NCBI GenBank assembly: GCA_019636215.1
Contig: JAHBXZ010000005.1
Span: 129,159-193,158 of the forward strand
Reading direction: 5' to 3'
Length of the DNA stretch: 64,000 bases
Source: Planctomycetota bacterium
Lineage (GTDB): Bacteria > Planctomycetota > UBA8742 > UBA2392
Below the pieces are notes generated by a model that was not told where the DNA came from, searched no databases, and saw only the letters and a list, made by a program, of their open reading frames with translations. Position numbers and translations under genes: made by a program. Below are positions 21,697-30,823 of this stretch, in pieces (position 1 is the stretch's first letter; each line of letters starts with the position of its first letter).

Positions 21697-22088
21697 ACCG
21701 GGTCGGTTTACTGCGCGTGGTGCTTGCCAGCGGCTTTGGTGCCGCGGCGGCCTCGCTGTTTGAACCGTGGCTGGCGCCGGTTGCGGCCTTGCTGCTGTTG
21801 CTGACGCTTTCACCTTTTGCCCGGCGCAGGCGCATCTGGTTTGTGGGCGAGGTTGAGTCCGAGTACGCCATTGTTTCGCGCCGGCGCGAGGAATCCCTGC
21901 GCGCCATGAAAGACCTGGAAGAAGACCGCCTGGCCGGCAAGGTAAGCGCCCGCGAGTTTGAGCTTCAGCGGCCGCAGCTGCTGCAGGCCGCCAAAGAGGC
22001 CACCGCGGCGCTGGATATCATCACGGCGCGGCGCCAGGAGGCCCGCCGCAAGATAGAGGCCTCGCTGGAGAAACCGGGCGAAGCATGA
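21693..22088 (+). CDS. Small membrane protein with a CcmI N-terminal-type cytoplasmic motif
   Basis: Two TM helices, then SLRAMKDLEEDRLAGKVSAREFELQRPQLLQ, which resembles the CcmI/CycH cytoplasmic leucine-zipper-like loop. ATGA overlap with ccmH. Confidence 0.4.
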   Translation: MNRVGLLRVVLASGFGAAAASLFEPWLAPVAALLLLLTLSPFARRRRIWFVGEVESEYAIVSRRREESLRAMKDLEEDRLAGKVSAREFELQRPQLLQAAKEATAALDIITARRQEARRKIEASLEKPGEA

Positions 22089-23656
22089 GACTGTGGCTTC
22101 TGCTGGCGTTGCTGTTTCCCGTCGCCGTGCTGGCCCAGGGCACGGTCACCGGGCGCGCCGTCAACCTTGCCAACCCGGAAGCCCTGCTGCCGGATTCAGC
22201 GCCGGTATGCGCCATCTTTCTGCCGCAGAGTGCACACCCTTTCTGCGAGATCACATCCGCGACCTGGCAGCAGGCATTCACGGACGTTTCCAAGGGCCGC
22301 GAAGTCAGCACCCCGCTTGGCAAGCTGGTTGGGGGCATAGGGCCCGTCGGGCATGCCGCAACGGTGGCTGACGGCACCGGTTCATTCCGCCTGGACAGCT
22401 TGCCGCTGGAAACACGCATCGGCCTGGCAGTCCTGGTGGACGGCCTGTGGTGGCCCAGCCGTGAAGAGCTGTGGCTTACCGCTTCAGCACCCGAACTGTC
22501 CGTGCAATTGGGCTACTGCCGGCTGGGTGCCGAATCGCCGGTCCTGGAGCGCCACCGGCTGGAGGCGGCGCCGCTGATCAACCCCGACCTGAAGTATGCA
22601 GGCATCACCATTCTGGAGACGCTGCGTTTCACCAACAATGACCCGCAGCTTGGGGCGCTTGTGGAAGTCGTGCTGGATGTTGCGATGGTGCCCGGCATAG
22701 TCTCCATGCACCTGCCAACCCTGTATGGCAGCCACCTGCTTTACATGCAGGGCTGGAACATGGGCGATCCCGTAACTCTGCCCGCTCAGGATGCGCCGCC
22801 GATGGTCTGGACGCTTGGCGGACGCACCATGCACGGGTCAGCCCCGACCTACGGCAAGGCCGCGCAGGCCTCCGCCGACAACTGGCACCCGTTGCAGGGC
22901 AGCGCGCCGATGGCCCTTGCCGGGGCGGGCGATACCCTGTACCGCGAGAACCCGTCTGCCGATGGCCGCAGTGCTTCGCTGGTGTTCCGGCGTGTGGTCC
23001 CGCCGGCCCGGCAGGGTACGCCCGGCGTGCTGGAGATTCGCCTGCGGCACCAGGCCGGCGCGCGAACAGCCGACCCCGGCCAGCGCACCCGCCTGCTGCG
23101 CTCGTTTCCGCTGGAACTGCAGAACGCCGAAGCCCGTGTTTCCGACGGTGTCACGTTGCAGGTTCTGGTGACACAGTCCCACCGCAAGCTGTTTGCCGAC
23201 CCCGTGAAGGAGGGTCGCGTGCAGGTTTTGTCCGGCGCAAAGTCACCTGCCCTGGCAGCCGGCGAAGTCTCCGAGTGGATTGTCGGTTTCTCGACCGAGT
23301 TGCAGCAGGAGCTGTCCAAACTGGAAGCCCTTGCTACCGGCCGCGCGGCCGATTCCGGGAACCCGGACACCAAGGCGGAAGAGCCGGTCTCGATCAACCA
23401 GCGTGCGGTGTTCCTGGCACTTGCTGCGGCCTTCGGCCTGGCGTTTCTGGTGGCGCTGGTGGCCAGCGTGCGCAAGGGCCGCGACCAGCAACTGGAACGA
23501 CTCAACCGTCTGCCCGGCAACCGCGACGAGCTTCTGGCGGCCCTGCGCGAGCTTGAAGCTGAGTACAAGACCGGGCACATTCCCCCCACCGCGTTTCTGG
23601 AACAGAAACAGCGGCTGTTGAACCGCCTGATTGAACACGACGCGGGGAAGGCATGA
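22085..23656 (+). CDS. Hypothetical exported protein: signal peptide, a large periplasmic domain, one C-terminal TM, then a cytoplasmic tail carrying a second CcmI-type motif
   Basis: Signal peptide MRLWLLLALLFPVAVLAQG. C-terminal TM AVFLALAAAFGLAFLVALVASV, then LLAALRELEAEYKTGHIPPTAFLEQKQRLLNRL. GTGA/ATGA overlaps with both neighbours. Confidence 0.5.
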   Translation: MRLWLLLALLFPVAVLAQGTVTGRAVNLANPEALLPDSAPVCAIFLPQSAHPFCEITSATWQQAFTDVSKGREVSTPLGKLVGGIGPVGHAATVADGTGSFRLDSLPLETRIGLAVLVDGLWWPSREELWLTASAPELSVQLGYCRLGAESPVLERHRLEAAPLINPDLKYAGITILETLRFTNNDPQLGALVEVVLDVAMVPGIVSMHLPTLYGSHLLYMQGWNMGDPVTLPAQDAPPMVWTLGGRTMHGSAPTYGKAAQASADNWHPLQGSAPMALAGAGDTLYRENPSADGRSASLVFRRVVPPARQGTPGVLEIRLRHQAGARTADPGQRTRLLRSFPLELQNAEARVSDGVTLQVLVTQSHRKLFADPVKEGRVQVLSGAKSPALAAGEVSEWIVGFSTELQQELSKLEALATGRAADSGNPDTKAEEPVSINQRAVFLALAAAFGLAFLVALVASVRKGRDQQLERLNRLPGNRDELLAALRELEAEYKTGHIPPTAFLEQKQRLLNRLIEHDAGKA

Positions 23657-24282
23657 CCGTTCTGCGCTGCTCCGGCCTGACCAAGAGTTTCGGGGCCACC
23701 GCGGTGCTGCGCGGTGTGAACCTGGAACTGGCGGCCGGCACGGTGTCGGCACTGACCGGCGACAACGGCTCGGGCAAGTCCACGCTGCTGCGGGTGCTGG
23801 GCACGGCAATGCGCCCCGATGCCGGCGAACTTCATGTGGCCGGGGTTGACGCCCGTCGCCTTGCCATGCAGGCGCGAGCCAAACTGGGTTACGTCGGGCA
23901 CGACAGCATGCTCGATGGCGTTCTGACCATGCGGGAAAACCTGCGCTTCTTTGCCGGGCTGTATGGTGTGAAAGATGCCGACGCCGCCGTCAGCGCCATG
24001 ATTGACCGCCTGCAGTCCAATGCGTTTGCCGACGCGCCGCTGTCGGAACTTTCGCGAGGCCAGGAACAAGCCGCCGCAATCGGGCGGGCGTTGATCCACC
24101 GGCCTGCCCTGCTGCTGCTTGACGAGCCAAGCACAGGCCTGGATGCGGACTCGCAGGCCAGGCTTGCGCAGTTGATGCAGGACGAAGCGCGCCAGGGCAC
24201 TTGTGTGCTGTTCAGCACACACGATAACGCGCTGTTGCCAGTGGCGCAGAAGACCTATCGGCTTAGTGGCGGGCGACTATAG
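23653..24282 (+). CDS. ccmA: ABC transporter ATP-binding protein, CcmA-like (heme exporter ATPase)
   Basis: 209 aa. Walker A GDNGSGKST, signature LSRGQEQ, Walker B LLLLDEP. Its size and ccm context fit CcmA. No permease partner ccmB or ccmC follows. Confidence 0.55.
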   Translation: MTVLRCSGLTKSFGATAVLRGVNLELAAGTVSALTGDNGSGKSTLLRVLGTAMRPDAGELHVAGVDARRLAMQARAKLGYVGHDSMLDGVLTMRENLRFFAGLYGVKDADAAVSAMIDRLQSNAFADAPLSELSRGQEQAAAIGRALIHRPALLLLDEPSTGLDADSQARLAQLMQDEARQGTCVLFSTHDNALLPVAQKTYRLSGGRL

Positions 24283-24326
24283 AAGTAGAGATTGGTTACC
24301 CTTGGCAGACAGTGCCGATACCGAAC

Positions 24327-24354
24327 TTGCATCGGCGGGCGCGAGCGCTAGCAT
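24327..24354 (+). promoter_or_regulatory. Candidate sigma70-type promoter for the pseudopilin operon
   Basis: TTGCAT, a 16-nt spacer, then TAGCAT, about 130 nt upstream of the first pseudopilin start. Confidence 0.25.
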
Positions 24355-24486
24355 GATGCTTTCCGGCAATTGTGAGCGAACCCTTTGCAGCCAAGGCAGT
24401 TACGCCAATGGGCACACACCCGCCGGAGGGCGTGGGCAATTTTGGCGTAGCCTTTGCGGGTGTGTTTGACCCGATCTGGAGGCCCA

Positions 24487-25023
24487 ATGACACGTCGTTC
24501 TAGGTCAGGCTTTACCCTGATCGAACTCATTATCGTCGTGGGCATCATCAGCGTCCTTGCTGTGGTGCTGATTGCGGTGCTGTTGAATGCGCAATCCAGC
24601 GGCGAGGTGGCCAAGGCCCGCAACTTCGTGAACACCATTCTGCCGGCAGCGATTGCCAAGTGGCAGGAAGACACGGGCAAAGGCAGCAACACTTACCCGC
24701 GCAGCGGCGCGAACAAGCCCGGCGCTTACTACGACGGCAACAAGCTGCTGTACGAGGAACTGGTAACGCTGCCCGGCAACTCCGGCAAGGGCGCGTACAT
24801 CGGCGTGGATCAGTACGTGAAGGGCGAGCTTGAGGGCAAGCCGGTGTTTCTGGACCCCTGGAACAACCCTTACATTTACCGCAATCACTCCGCCAAGAAG
24901 GCCAAGAATGCCAACGAGGTCGAGTACCGCGGAAAGAAGTACAACGACAACTTCGACATGATCTCAGCCGGCCCGGATGGAAAGCCTGACACCGAAGATG
25001 ACGTCTACAACGGGTCGAACTAG
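24487..25023 (+). CDS. Type II secretion / type IV pilus-like major pseudopilin, GspG-like
   Basis: Prepilin N-terminus RSRSGFTLIELIIVVGIISVLAVVL. GspG-like C-terminal region DPWNNPYIYRNHS...FDMISAGPDGKPDTEDDVYN. GGAGG RBS. Confidence 0.75.
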   Translation: MTRRSRSGFTLIELIIVVGIISVLAVVLIAVLLNAQSSGEVAKARNFVNTILPAAIAKWQEDTGKGSNTYPRSGANKPGAYYDGNKLLYEELVTLPGNSGKGAYIGVDQYVKGELEGKPVFLDPWNNPYIYRNHSAKKAKNANEVEYRGKKYNDNFDMISAGPDGKPDTEDDVYNGSN

Positions 25024-25033
25024 GAGAGCCGCC

Positions 25034-25615
25034 GTGAACACCACAAGAAACAGCCGCCGCGGCTTCACACTGATCGAGTTGATGATCGTAATCGGCATCA
25101 TCGCCGTGCTGGTGGCGGTGCTTGCCATGGCTGTGCTGCCGTGGCTTTCCAAATCTTCCGAAAACTCGACCAAGGCACTGCTCAGCAGCGTGGGCGGCCT
25201 GGTAACAGCCGAACGCAACCCGTTCACCCTGGAACGCTTCCGCAAGGATGTCGGGCCCAGCCTGTCCAGCCAGGTCGACAGTGACCCCAAAAAAGCGTCG
25301 GCACAGATGCTGATTTTCTATTACGCGCCCAGCCAGGACACCTGGAAGAAGTCCGTCTACTTCAAGGGCCAGAACTACGACCCGAAGGTGCAGCCCAAGG
25401 ATTGGGTTGAAAGCACCAAGGTCGGCGGCAACGCCCCTGACCTGCCGTACCTGACGGACTTCTGGAACAACGAGCTGTACTACTACTACGACAAGGCCGC
25501 CAAGATTGTGGTGATCCGGTCCTGGGGCCCCGATGGCCAGCCCGACACCGATGACGACCTGGCATTCGATGGCGGCAGTAACCGTGTGGTGTACTGGAAC
25601 GAACTGAAGAAGTAA
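25034..25615 (+). CDS. Second GspG-like pseudopilin
   Basis: RRGFTLIELMIVIGIIAVLVAV. C-terminal SWGPDGQPDTDDDLAFDGG. GTG start at 25034 after an AGGAGAG RBS. Confidence 0.7.
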   Translation: MNTTRNSRRGFTLIELMIVIGIIAVLVAVLAMAVLPWLSKSSENSTKALLSSVGGLVTAERNPFTLERFRKDVGPSLSSQVDSDPKKASAQMLIFYYAPSQDTWKKSVYFKGQNYDPKVQPKDWVESTKVGGNAPDLPYLTDFWNNELYYYYDKAAKIVVIRSWGPDGQPDTDDDLAFDGGSNRVVYWNELKK

Positions 25616-25626
25616 CCGGAGGCAGC

Positions 25627-26292
25627 ATGCGCCCCGCCAAACGCAAGGGCTTTACGCTGGTAGAACTGCTGGTCGTGATCGCGCTGATCGCGCTGCTGAT
25701 GACCGTCATGGTGCCGGTGATCCTGAAGTTCATGTCCGGCCGGGGCCTTTCGATGGCCGGCAACAACATTGCCGGGTTCATTGCCTACGCTCGCACCGAG
25801 GCCATGAACACGCGCCAGACGCACGTGATCGTGATGTTCCAGAAAGAAGAAGACCGTACCCCGCCGGGTTCAACTATTTCGCGCATTGTGGGGCCGGGCA
25901 TGGTGCTGTTCCGCATCAACCCTAACCCGGGGCAGGACGAACAAGTCGTCAACTTCGTCAAGGAACTGAACTTCAAGGCCCAGGTCGGCGGCGATGTGCG
26001 CTTTGCGGATTCCTGGGAACGCAAGTGCCCCAAGGGCCCGCTGCTGGAGCTGCCGCAATCCGTCAACGAAAGCTTCGACGGCAAGTACAAGCTGGTGCTG
26101 CGCCCCGACGGCCGCGTCGTGGTGCCTGAAGACAAGCCCGGCTATGTGCTGGACGTGAAGGAAAACCGCAACCTGGACACCGACATCATCCTGACCGACG
26201 ACCGGCGCTATGTGTTCATTGACGTAAACCCGGCCACGGGCAACACCCGGCGTTCTTCACCACTGGACAAGGACGAAGTCGGCGATCGCTAG
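25627..26292 (+). CDS. Minor pseudopilin, GspH/FimT-like
   Basis: KRKGFTLVELLVVIALIALLMTV prepilin motif. GGAGG RBS. Confidence 0.6.
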   Translation: MRPAKRKGFTLVELLVVIALIALLMTVMVPVILKFMSGRGLSMAGNNIAGFIAYARTEAMNTRQTHVIVMFQKEEDRTPPGSTISRIVGPGMVLFRINPNPGQDEQVVNFVKELNFKAQVGGDVRFADSWERKCPKGPLLELPQSVNESFDGKYKLVLRPDGRVVVPEDKPGYVLDVKENRNLDTDIILTDDRRYVFIDVNPATGNTRRSSPLDKDEVGDR

Positions 26293-26313
26293 TCGATCCA
26301 AGGAACCAAGGCC

Positions 26314-27093
26314 ATGAAACACATGCCCAAGCAACGGCGGCGCGGCTTCACCCTGACGGAAATCCTGGTCGCGATGGCGATTTTCGCGCTGGGTGGTTCC
26401 GCCATTGTGGCGCTGTTTATCACCAACGCGCGGCTTTCGCGCCAGGCCATGGACTACACCCGGGCCTCGGAAATCAGCCGCAACATCCGTTCACTGATGA
26501 CGCAGTCGCTGTCACGGCCGATCGTGACCAACAACGAGCCTGTCTACAAGTTTGACTACCCCGGCAGCTCGCTTACGTTCCGGCCCAGCCAGTACATCAA
26601 GGACCGCGAGCAGTCCAAGTATCGCGGCGAAGACACAGTCATCGGCGGCACACCCGTTGAGAACACGGTGTTCTTCAAGCTGCCCAAACAGCAGTTTGAC
26701 GTGCGCGTAAAAGGCGAGGAATCTCAGCGCCAGATGATCACGTCGCTTCCGAACGATGCCACGGATTCAGGCGGGTTTGTCCGCAGCTTCCCCAATGGCA
26801 GGCCCGAGGCCTTCCGCCTTCTGCCCGACCGCCTGCGCCAGAGCGGCGCGCTGGACGGGCTGGACCCGGACGACCGCATGTTTTACGCGTTTGATATCTC
26901 GATCCGCCGCAGCGTCGCCCGCAGCGAGGTCGATGACCCCGCCCGCCCGGGCGCCAAGGCACCCCTGGAAGACCTGTTTGTGGTGCATGTGAAGGTCTAC
27001 AAGGGCTTTGACTTCAAGGAAGACAACCAGGGCACAGAAGTGGTGAATGACCCCCTCTATGAGTGGGACTTCTACATCACGGCTGCGCGCTAG
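26314..27093 (+). CDS. Minor pseudopilin, GspI-like, unusually long (259 aa)
   Basis: RRRGFTLTEILVAMAIFALGGSAIVALF. Confidence 0.55.
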   Translation: MKHMPKQRRRGFTLTEILVAMAIFALGGSAIVALFITNARLSRQAMDYTRASEISRNIRSLMTQSLSRPIVTNNEPVYKFDYPGSSLTFRPSQYIKDREQSKYRGEDTVIGGTPVENTVFFKLPKQQFDVRVKGEESQRQMITSLPNDATDSGGFVRSFPNGRPEAFRLLPDRLRQSGALDGLDPDDRMFYAFDISIRRSVARSEVDDPARPGAKAPLEDLFVVHVKVYKGFDFKEDNQGTEVVNDPLYEWDFYITAAR

Positions 27094-27102
27094 GAGACCA
27101 AC

Positions 27103-28170
27103 ATGCGTACACGCATTCGCCTTGGCAGCCGCGGTTTCACGCTGCTGGAACTGATGATCGCGATCGCGCTGATGCTGATCGTGATGCTGATGCTGCGCAC
27201 CATGTTCGTGACCGCACAGGACATGTACGTTCGCGCGTCACGCCGTGTGGAGGTCTACCAGCAGGCCCGCGCCGCGCTTGACCTGATTGAACAGGACTTC
27301 ATGCGCATCCGCGACAGTGGCTCGGACGACACGGACGTGCTGGGGTTGCGCAGCCTGAAGCCCGAAGACTACGCCAACCCCGACGCGGCCCGCAAGGCGC
27401 GCATGTACAGCGAAATGGGCGACTGGAACACACCGTCGGCCAACGAATCCGTCAAAATCCGTGAACTGGTTTCATTCACCGGCACGGCCACCTGGTATGA
27501 CCAGGAACAGAAGAAGTACACCACCGGCGACGCGATTGTGCTGTATTACCTGCGCAAGCGCATCCCCATCGACGGCCAGAAGGTAGAAGGCGCATACCTG
27601 GTGCGCCGCGTACTGCCCGTGCGAAGCCTGGCCGAACTGGCCCGCATCGGCCGAGGCATGGCACCTTTGCATGACATCAAGCCGCACGAAGAAGAGATCG
27701 CAAACTTCGTCTATTCGGCCCGCGTCTATTGTGACGACCAGGCGGCGTTCCAGCTGGGCGTACGCAACGGCAACTTCAACTACGACACCATGCCCGAGTG
27801 CAGCACCGACGTGAAGAACCGCGACTGGCTATGGGTGAAGACAGCATTGGCCGGCCCCGGTGGCTCGCAGCCGCTGCCGCAGGGCCAGGGCCCCACGCTG
27901 ATCCTGCCCACCCCGCCCAAGGAGGACCGCGTCGAGTTCGGCGGCGTGTGGCGCACCCACACCGCGCCCGACCGCGAGTTTGTCTCGGCCCGCTGGAATA
28001 TGCCCAGCGTGGTTGTGATTGACCTCATGATGATTGACCGCAGCTTTGAGCGCTTTGGTGCAAGTGACGGTTCAGGTACCTATCGATCCTTCAGCCGGGC
28101 CATCCAGTTGCCGGCTTCCGGCCCGATGTACCGCCTGGATTCCCGCGACATCCAGCTGCTGACACGATAG
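27103..28170 (+). CDS. Minor pseudopilin, GspJ-like (355 aa)
   Basis: SRGFTLLELMIAIALMLIVMLML. AGGAGA RBS. Confidence 0.55.
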   Translation: MRTRIRLGSRGFTLLELMIAIALMLIVMLMLRTMFVTAQDMYVRASRRVEVYQQARAALDLIEQDFMRIRDSGSDDTDVLGLRSLKPEDYANPDAARKARMYSEMGDWNTPSANESVKIRELVSFTGTATWYDQEQKKYTTGDAIVLYYLRKRIPIDGQKVEGAYLVRRVLPVRSLAELARIGRGMAPLHDIKPHEEEIANFVYSARVYCDDQAAFQLGVRNGNFNYDTMPECSTDVKNRDWLWVKTALAGPGGSQPLPQGQGPTLILPTPPKEDRVEFGGVWRTHTAPDREFVSARWNMPSVVVIDLMMIDRSFERFGASDGSGTYRSFSRAIQLPASGPMYRLDSRDIQLLTR

Positions 28171-28186
28171 TTCACCGCATGTTCAA

Positions 28187-28221
28187 CGGCCGGGGCATTG
28201 TCCCCGGCCGCGCTGTTTTTT
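28187..28221 (+). terminator. Rho-independent terminator closing the pseudopilin operon
   Basis: cggccgggg-cattgt-ccccggccg followed by cgctgtttttt. Confidence 0.8.
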
Positions 28222-28340
28222 CGGGGGTGAGTGCGCCCTTGCCACGGAACGCAAAATCCCGGAAGATGCTGCCGTTATCCCCCGCATGTTGAGATCGTAG
28301 ATCCGGCCGGTGTTGCCACGGCCCAGAACAAGGCTGTGCA

Positions 28341-29105
28341 GTGAAGCTCGCACTGGTCTCGGACATCCACTCCAATCTGGAAGCCATGGAGGCTGTCCTT
28401 GCGGACATTGAGTCCATGGGCTGCGAGCGCATTTATTGCCTTGGTGACATGGTTGATTACGGCCCCAACCCCTGCGAGATCCTGGATCTCGCCATGGAAC
28501 ACTTTGACCTGACCATCCTTGGCAACCACGAAGAAGCGGTCATGCTGGTTGCCGAAGACTTCAACGAGCGCGCGATGCGCAGCGTGGAATGGACGCGCGA
28601 GCAACTGAACAGCCCCGACCTGCCCAAGGAAAAGCGCCACAAGTACTGGAACTTCCTGGATTCATTGACCAAGGTCCGCAGCCACAAGCAGGGCGACCTG
28701 CTGTTCGTTCACGGCAGCCCGCGCAAGCCCACCCACGAGTACGTGTTTCCCAAGGACAGCGTGGACGAGGCCAAGATCCGCAGCATGTTTGCCAAGTTCG
28801 ACCGCTTCTGCTTCTGCGGCCACAGCCACATCCCCGGCATCTACAGCGAGACGGGCAAGTACGGCCACCCCAAGAACCTGAACAACGGCGAACTTGACCT
28901 GCGGCGCTTCCGCAAGCTGCTGGTCAACATCGGCAGCGTGGGCCAGCCCCGCGACCACGACACCCGCGCCTGTTACGTGGTGATCGACGGCAGCAAGCTG
29001 ATGTTCCGCCGCGTGGAATACGACGTGCAGAAAACCGTCGACAAGATGCGCGCCATCCCGCGCCTGCCCAGCATGCTGGCGGACCGGTTACTGCTGGGTA
29101 AGTAG
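28341..29105 (+). CDS. Metallophosphoesterase (calcineurin-like phosphoesterase family)
   Basis: LVSDIHSNLEA, GDMVDYGP and GNHE motifs. GTG start. Confidence 0.8.
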   Translation: MKLALVSDIHSNLEAMEAVLADIESMGCERIYCLGDMVDYGPNPCEILDLAMEHFDLTILGNHEEAVMLVAEDFNERAMRSVEWTREQLNSPDLPKEKRHKYWNFLDSLTKVRSHKQGDLLFVHGSPRKPTHEYVFPKDSVDEAKIRSMFAKFDRFCFCGHSHIPGIYSETGKYGHPKNLNNGELDLRRFRKLLVNIGSVGQPRDHDTRACYVVIDGSKLMFRRVEYDVQKTVDKMRAIPRLPSMLADRLLLGK

Positions 29106-29119
29106 TCCGTCGAGTGCTC

Positions 29120-30766
29120 TCAGGCCGAGCGGCGTCGCACTGCCACCAGCAGGCCGCACAGCAGCACAACCAGGCCCGCCCACCCGAAGCTGTCCGTTGT
29201 GGAACAACCGCCTTCGCCCGGTGCCTCCAGCGGCGATTGCGTGCTGCCCGGGTCGTTGCCGCCGGTGTCGTTTACCGTCACCTGCACGACCGCGCTGTCG
29301 AAGTTACCGTTGCCGTCATCCACGATCAGCTCAAACGTGAAGTTCTGGTTGAAGGGTACCTGCGGCGCGGTGAACGTGGCGCTGGCCGACGTGGCGTTGT
29401 TGATCGTCACGATGGTGCTGCCCCCCACCTGCCGCCAGGTGAAACGCAGCACGTCCGTAGCGTTGGGGTCAAAGCTGCCGGTTCCGTTCAGGGTTACTGT
29501 CGCGCCCTCATTGACTGTCTGGGCAATGCCCGCATTGGCCGTGGGCGGGGCACCAGTGCCACCGGTGAAACGCAGCCGGTACAGCACGGTTTCGGTCAGG
29601 ATATACATGTGGCCGTCCGGCCCGAACTTCACGTCGCGCACAGCGGCGGAAAGATCCGTCACCATCGGCCACATGGCCACGGCCTGGCGCTCGTTGCCGC
29701 CGCTCAGCATCACGCGTACCACCATCGCGCCCGGCTTGGGCCCGATCACAGGGAAGGTCACCGTGCCGCTGGCGCTTTCGCGCCCCACGTACACACAGGC
29801 TGTGCGGTGCCCGATGGCAGGAAACGCCGTGGCTGTCTGGGGGTAGAACGCGACACTGCCCGGTTCAAAGTTGGCGGGCATCACCCACGCCGGGTTGGTG
29901 TAGTTCACATTGCCCTGGTTGCCGCTGTTGCCGGCGGTGTCCCAGCCATAGTTCAGGCCGGGTCGGACCACATTCAGTTCGTCCACGCCAGACGTGGCGG
30001 GGTTGCCGGTGTCGGCCACAAAGAGGTCCCCGGTGGCAGGGTTGAAGGCCATGCCGCGCGGGTTGCGAAAGCCGCGCGCGAACATGGGGTTGTTGATGAT
30101 CGGGTTGCTCAACGGCGGCTGGCCGTTGTTGCGCTGGACGCGCAGTACCTTGCCGCGCCGGTCGTTCACGTCCTGGGCTTGCGCGCCGCCCAGCGCCACA
30201 GACGTGCTGGCGTCACCCACGCTGACGCACAGGTTGCCATCGGCGCCGATCTCCAGGCTGCCGCCGAAATTCGCGCCGTTAGCGCCCATGGCAATGCCGG
30301 TAACCACCGTGAACTCGCTGGCGGCAAGGGCAGTGCCAAGGCTGGCTACGTCCTCTGTGTAACGCACCACCGTCAGCGCGCCCGAGGGATTGCCCGAGTA
30401 GCAAACATACACGTAGCGATTGGTCGCATCACCCGGCGCCAGCGGAAACAACGGGTCCAGCACAATGCCGTGCATGCCGTTGTCATCGGCCGCCGGGGGA
30501 AAGTAGTTGGCCACAGTCACAAACGTGGTCAGCACCGGCGGGCCCACGGTGGTGTCCAGGCAGTACACCCGCCCGTTTGCCCCGTCATTGCCGGTGAAGA
30601 AGATCCGGCCGTCGGGGCCGATGGCCATGGCGCGGCCATTGGTCACGGGGTTCTGGACAGTATCCAGCGTGAAACCCCCGGCTGGGCTTGGCTGACAGTA
30701 CAGCAGCGGCGCAAGGCAGACCGCCGCAAGCAACATCAGAATCCGCATCCGTTGATCCCGGGGCAT
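29120..30766 (-). CDS. Exported beta-propeller sugar dehydrogenase-like protein (SGL/PQQ-dependent type) with a C-terminal PKD domain and a Gly-Cys-TM-Arg sorting tail
   Basis: Signal peptide MRILMLLAAVCLAPLLYCQ. PKD-like TVNEGATVTLNGTGSFDPNATD...VDDGNGNFDSAVVQVTV. The tail is GEGGCSTTDSFGWAGLVVLLCGLLVAVRRRSA. Confidence 0.55.
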   Translation of the reverse strand: MPRDQRMRILMLLAAVCLAPLLYCQPSPAGGFTLDTVQNPVTNGRAMAIGPDGRIFFTGNDGANGRVYCLDTTVGPPVLTTFVTVANYFPPAADDNGMHGIVLDPLFPLAPGDATNRYVYVCYSGNPSGALTVVRYTEDVASLGTALAASEFTVVTGIAMGANGANFGGSLEIGADGNLCVSVGDASTSVALGGAQAQDVNDRRGKVLRVQRNNGQPPLSNPIINNPMFARGFRNPRGMAFNPATGDLFVADTGNPATSGVDELNVVRPGLNYGWDTAGNSGNQGNVNYTNPAWVMPANFEPGSVAFYPQTATAFPAIGHRTACVYVGRESASGTVTFPVIGPKPGAMVVRVMLSGGNERQAVAMWPMVTDLSAAVRDVKFGPDGHMYILTETVLYRLRFTGGTGAPPTANAGIAQTVNEGATVTLNGTGSFDPNATDVLRFTWRQVGGSTIVTINNATSASATFTAPQVPFNQNFTFELIVDDGNGNFDSAVVQVTVNDTGGNDPGSTQSPLEAPGEGGCSTTDSFGWAGLVVLLCGLLVAVRRRSA

Positions 30767-30823
30767 GAAACGGGGTGAGAAGCCAGTTTCCTACAATCCG
30801 ACAAGCCGCGCAAGCACGGGCCT

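Noticed and set aside
29114-30778. 554-aa plus-strand ORF mirroring the minus-strand dehydrogenase/PKD gene
   Set aside because: The minus-strand reading has a signal peptide, a PKD domain and the conserved sorting tail. The plus-strand product is low-complexity.
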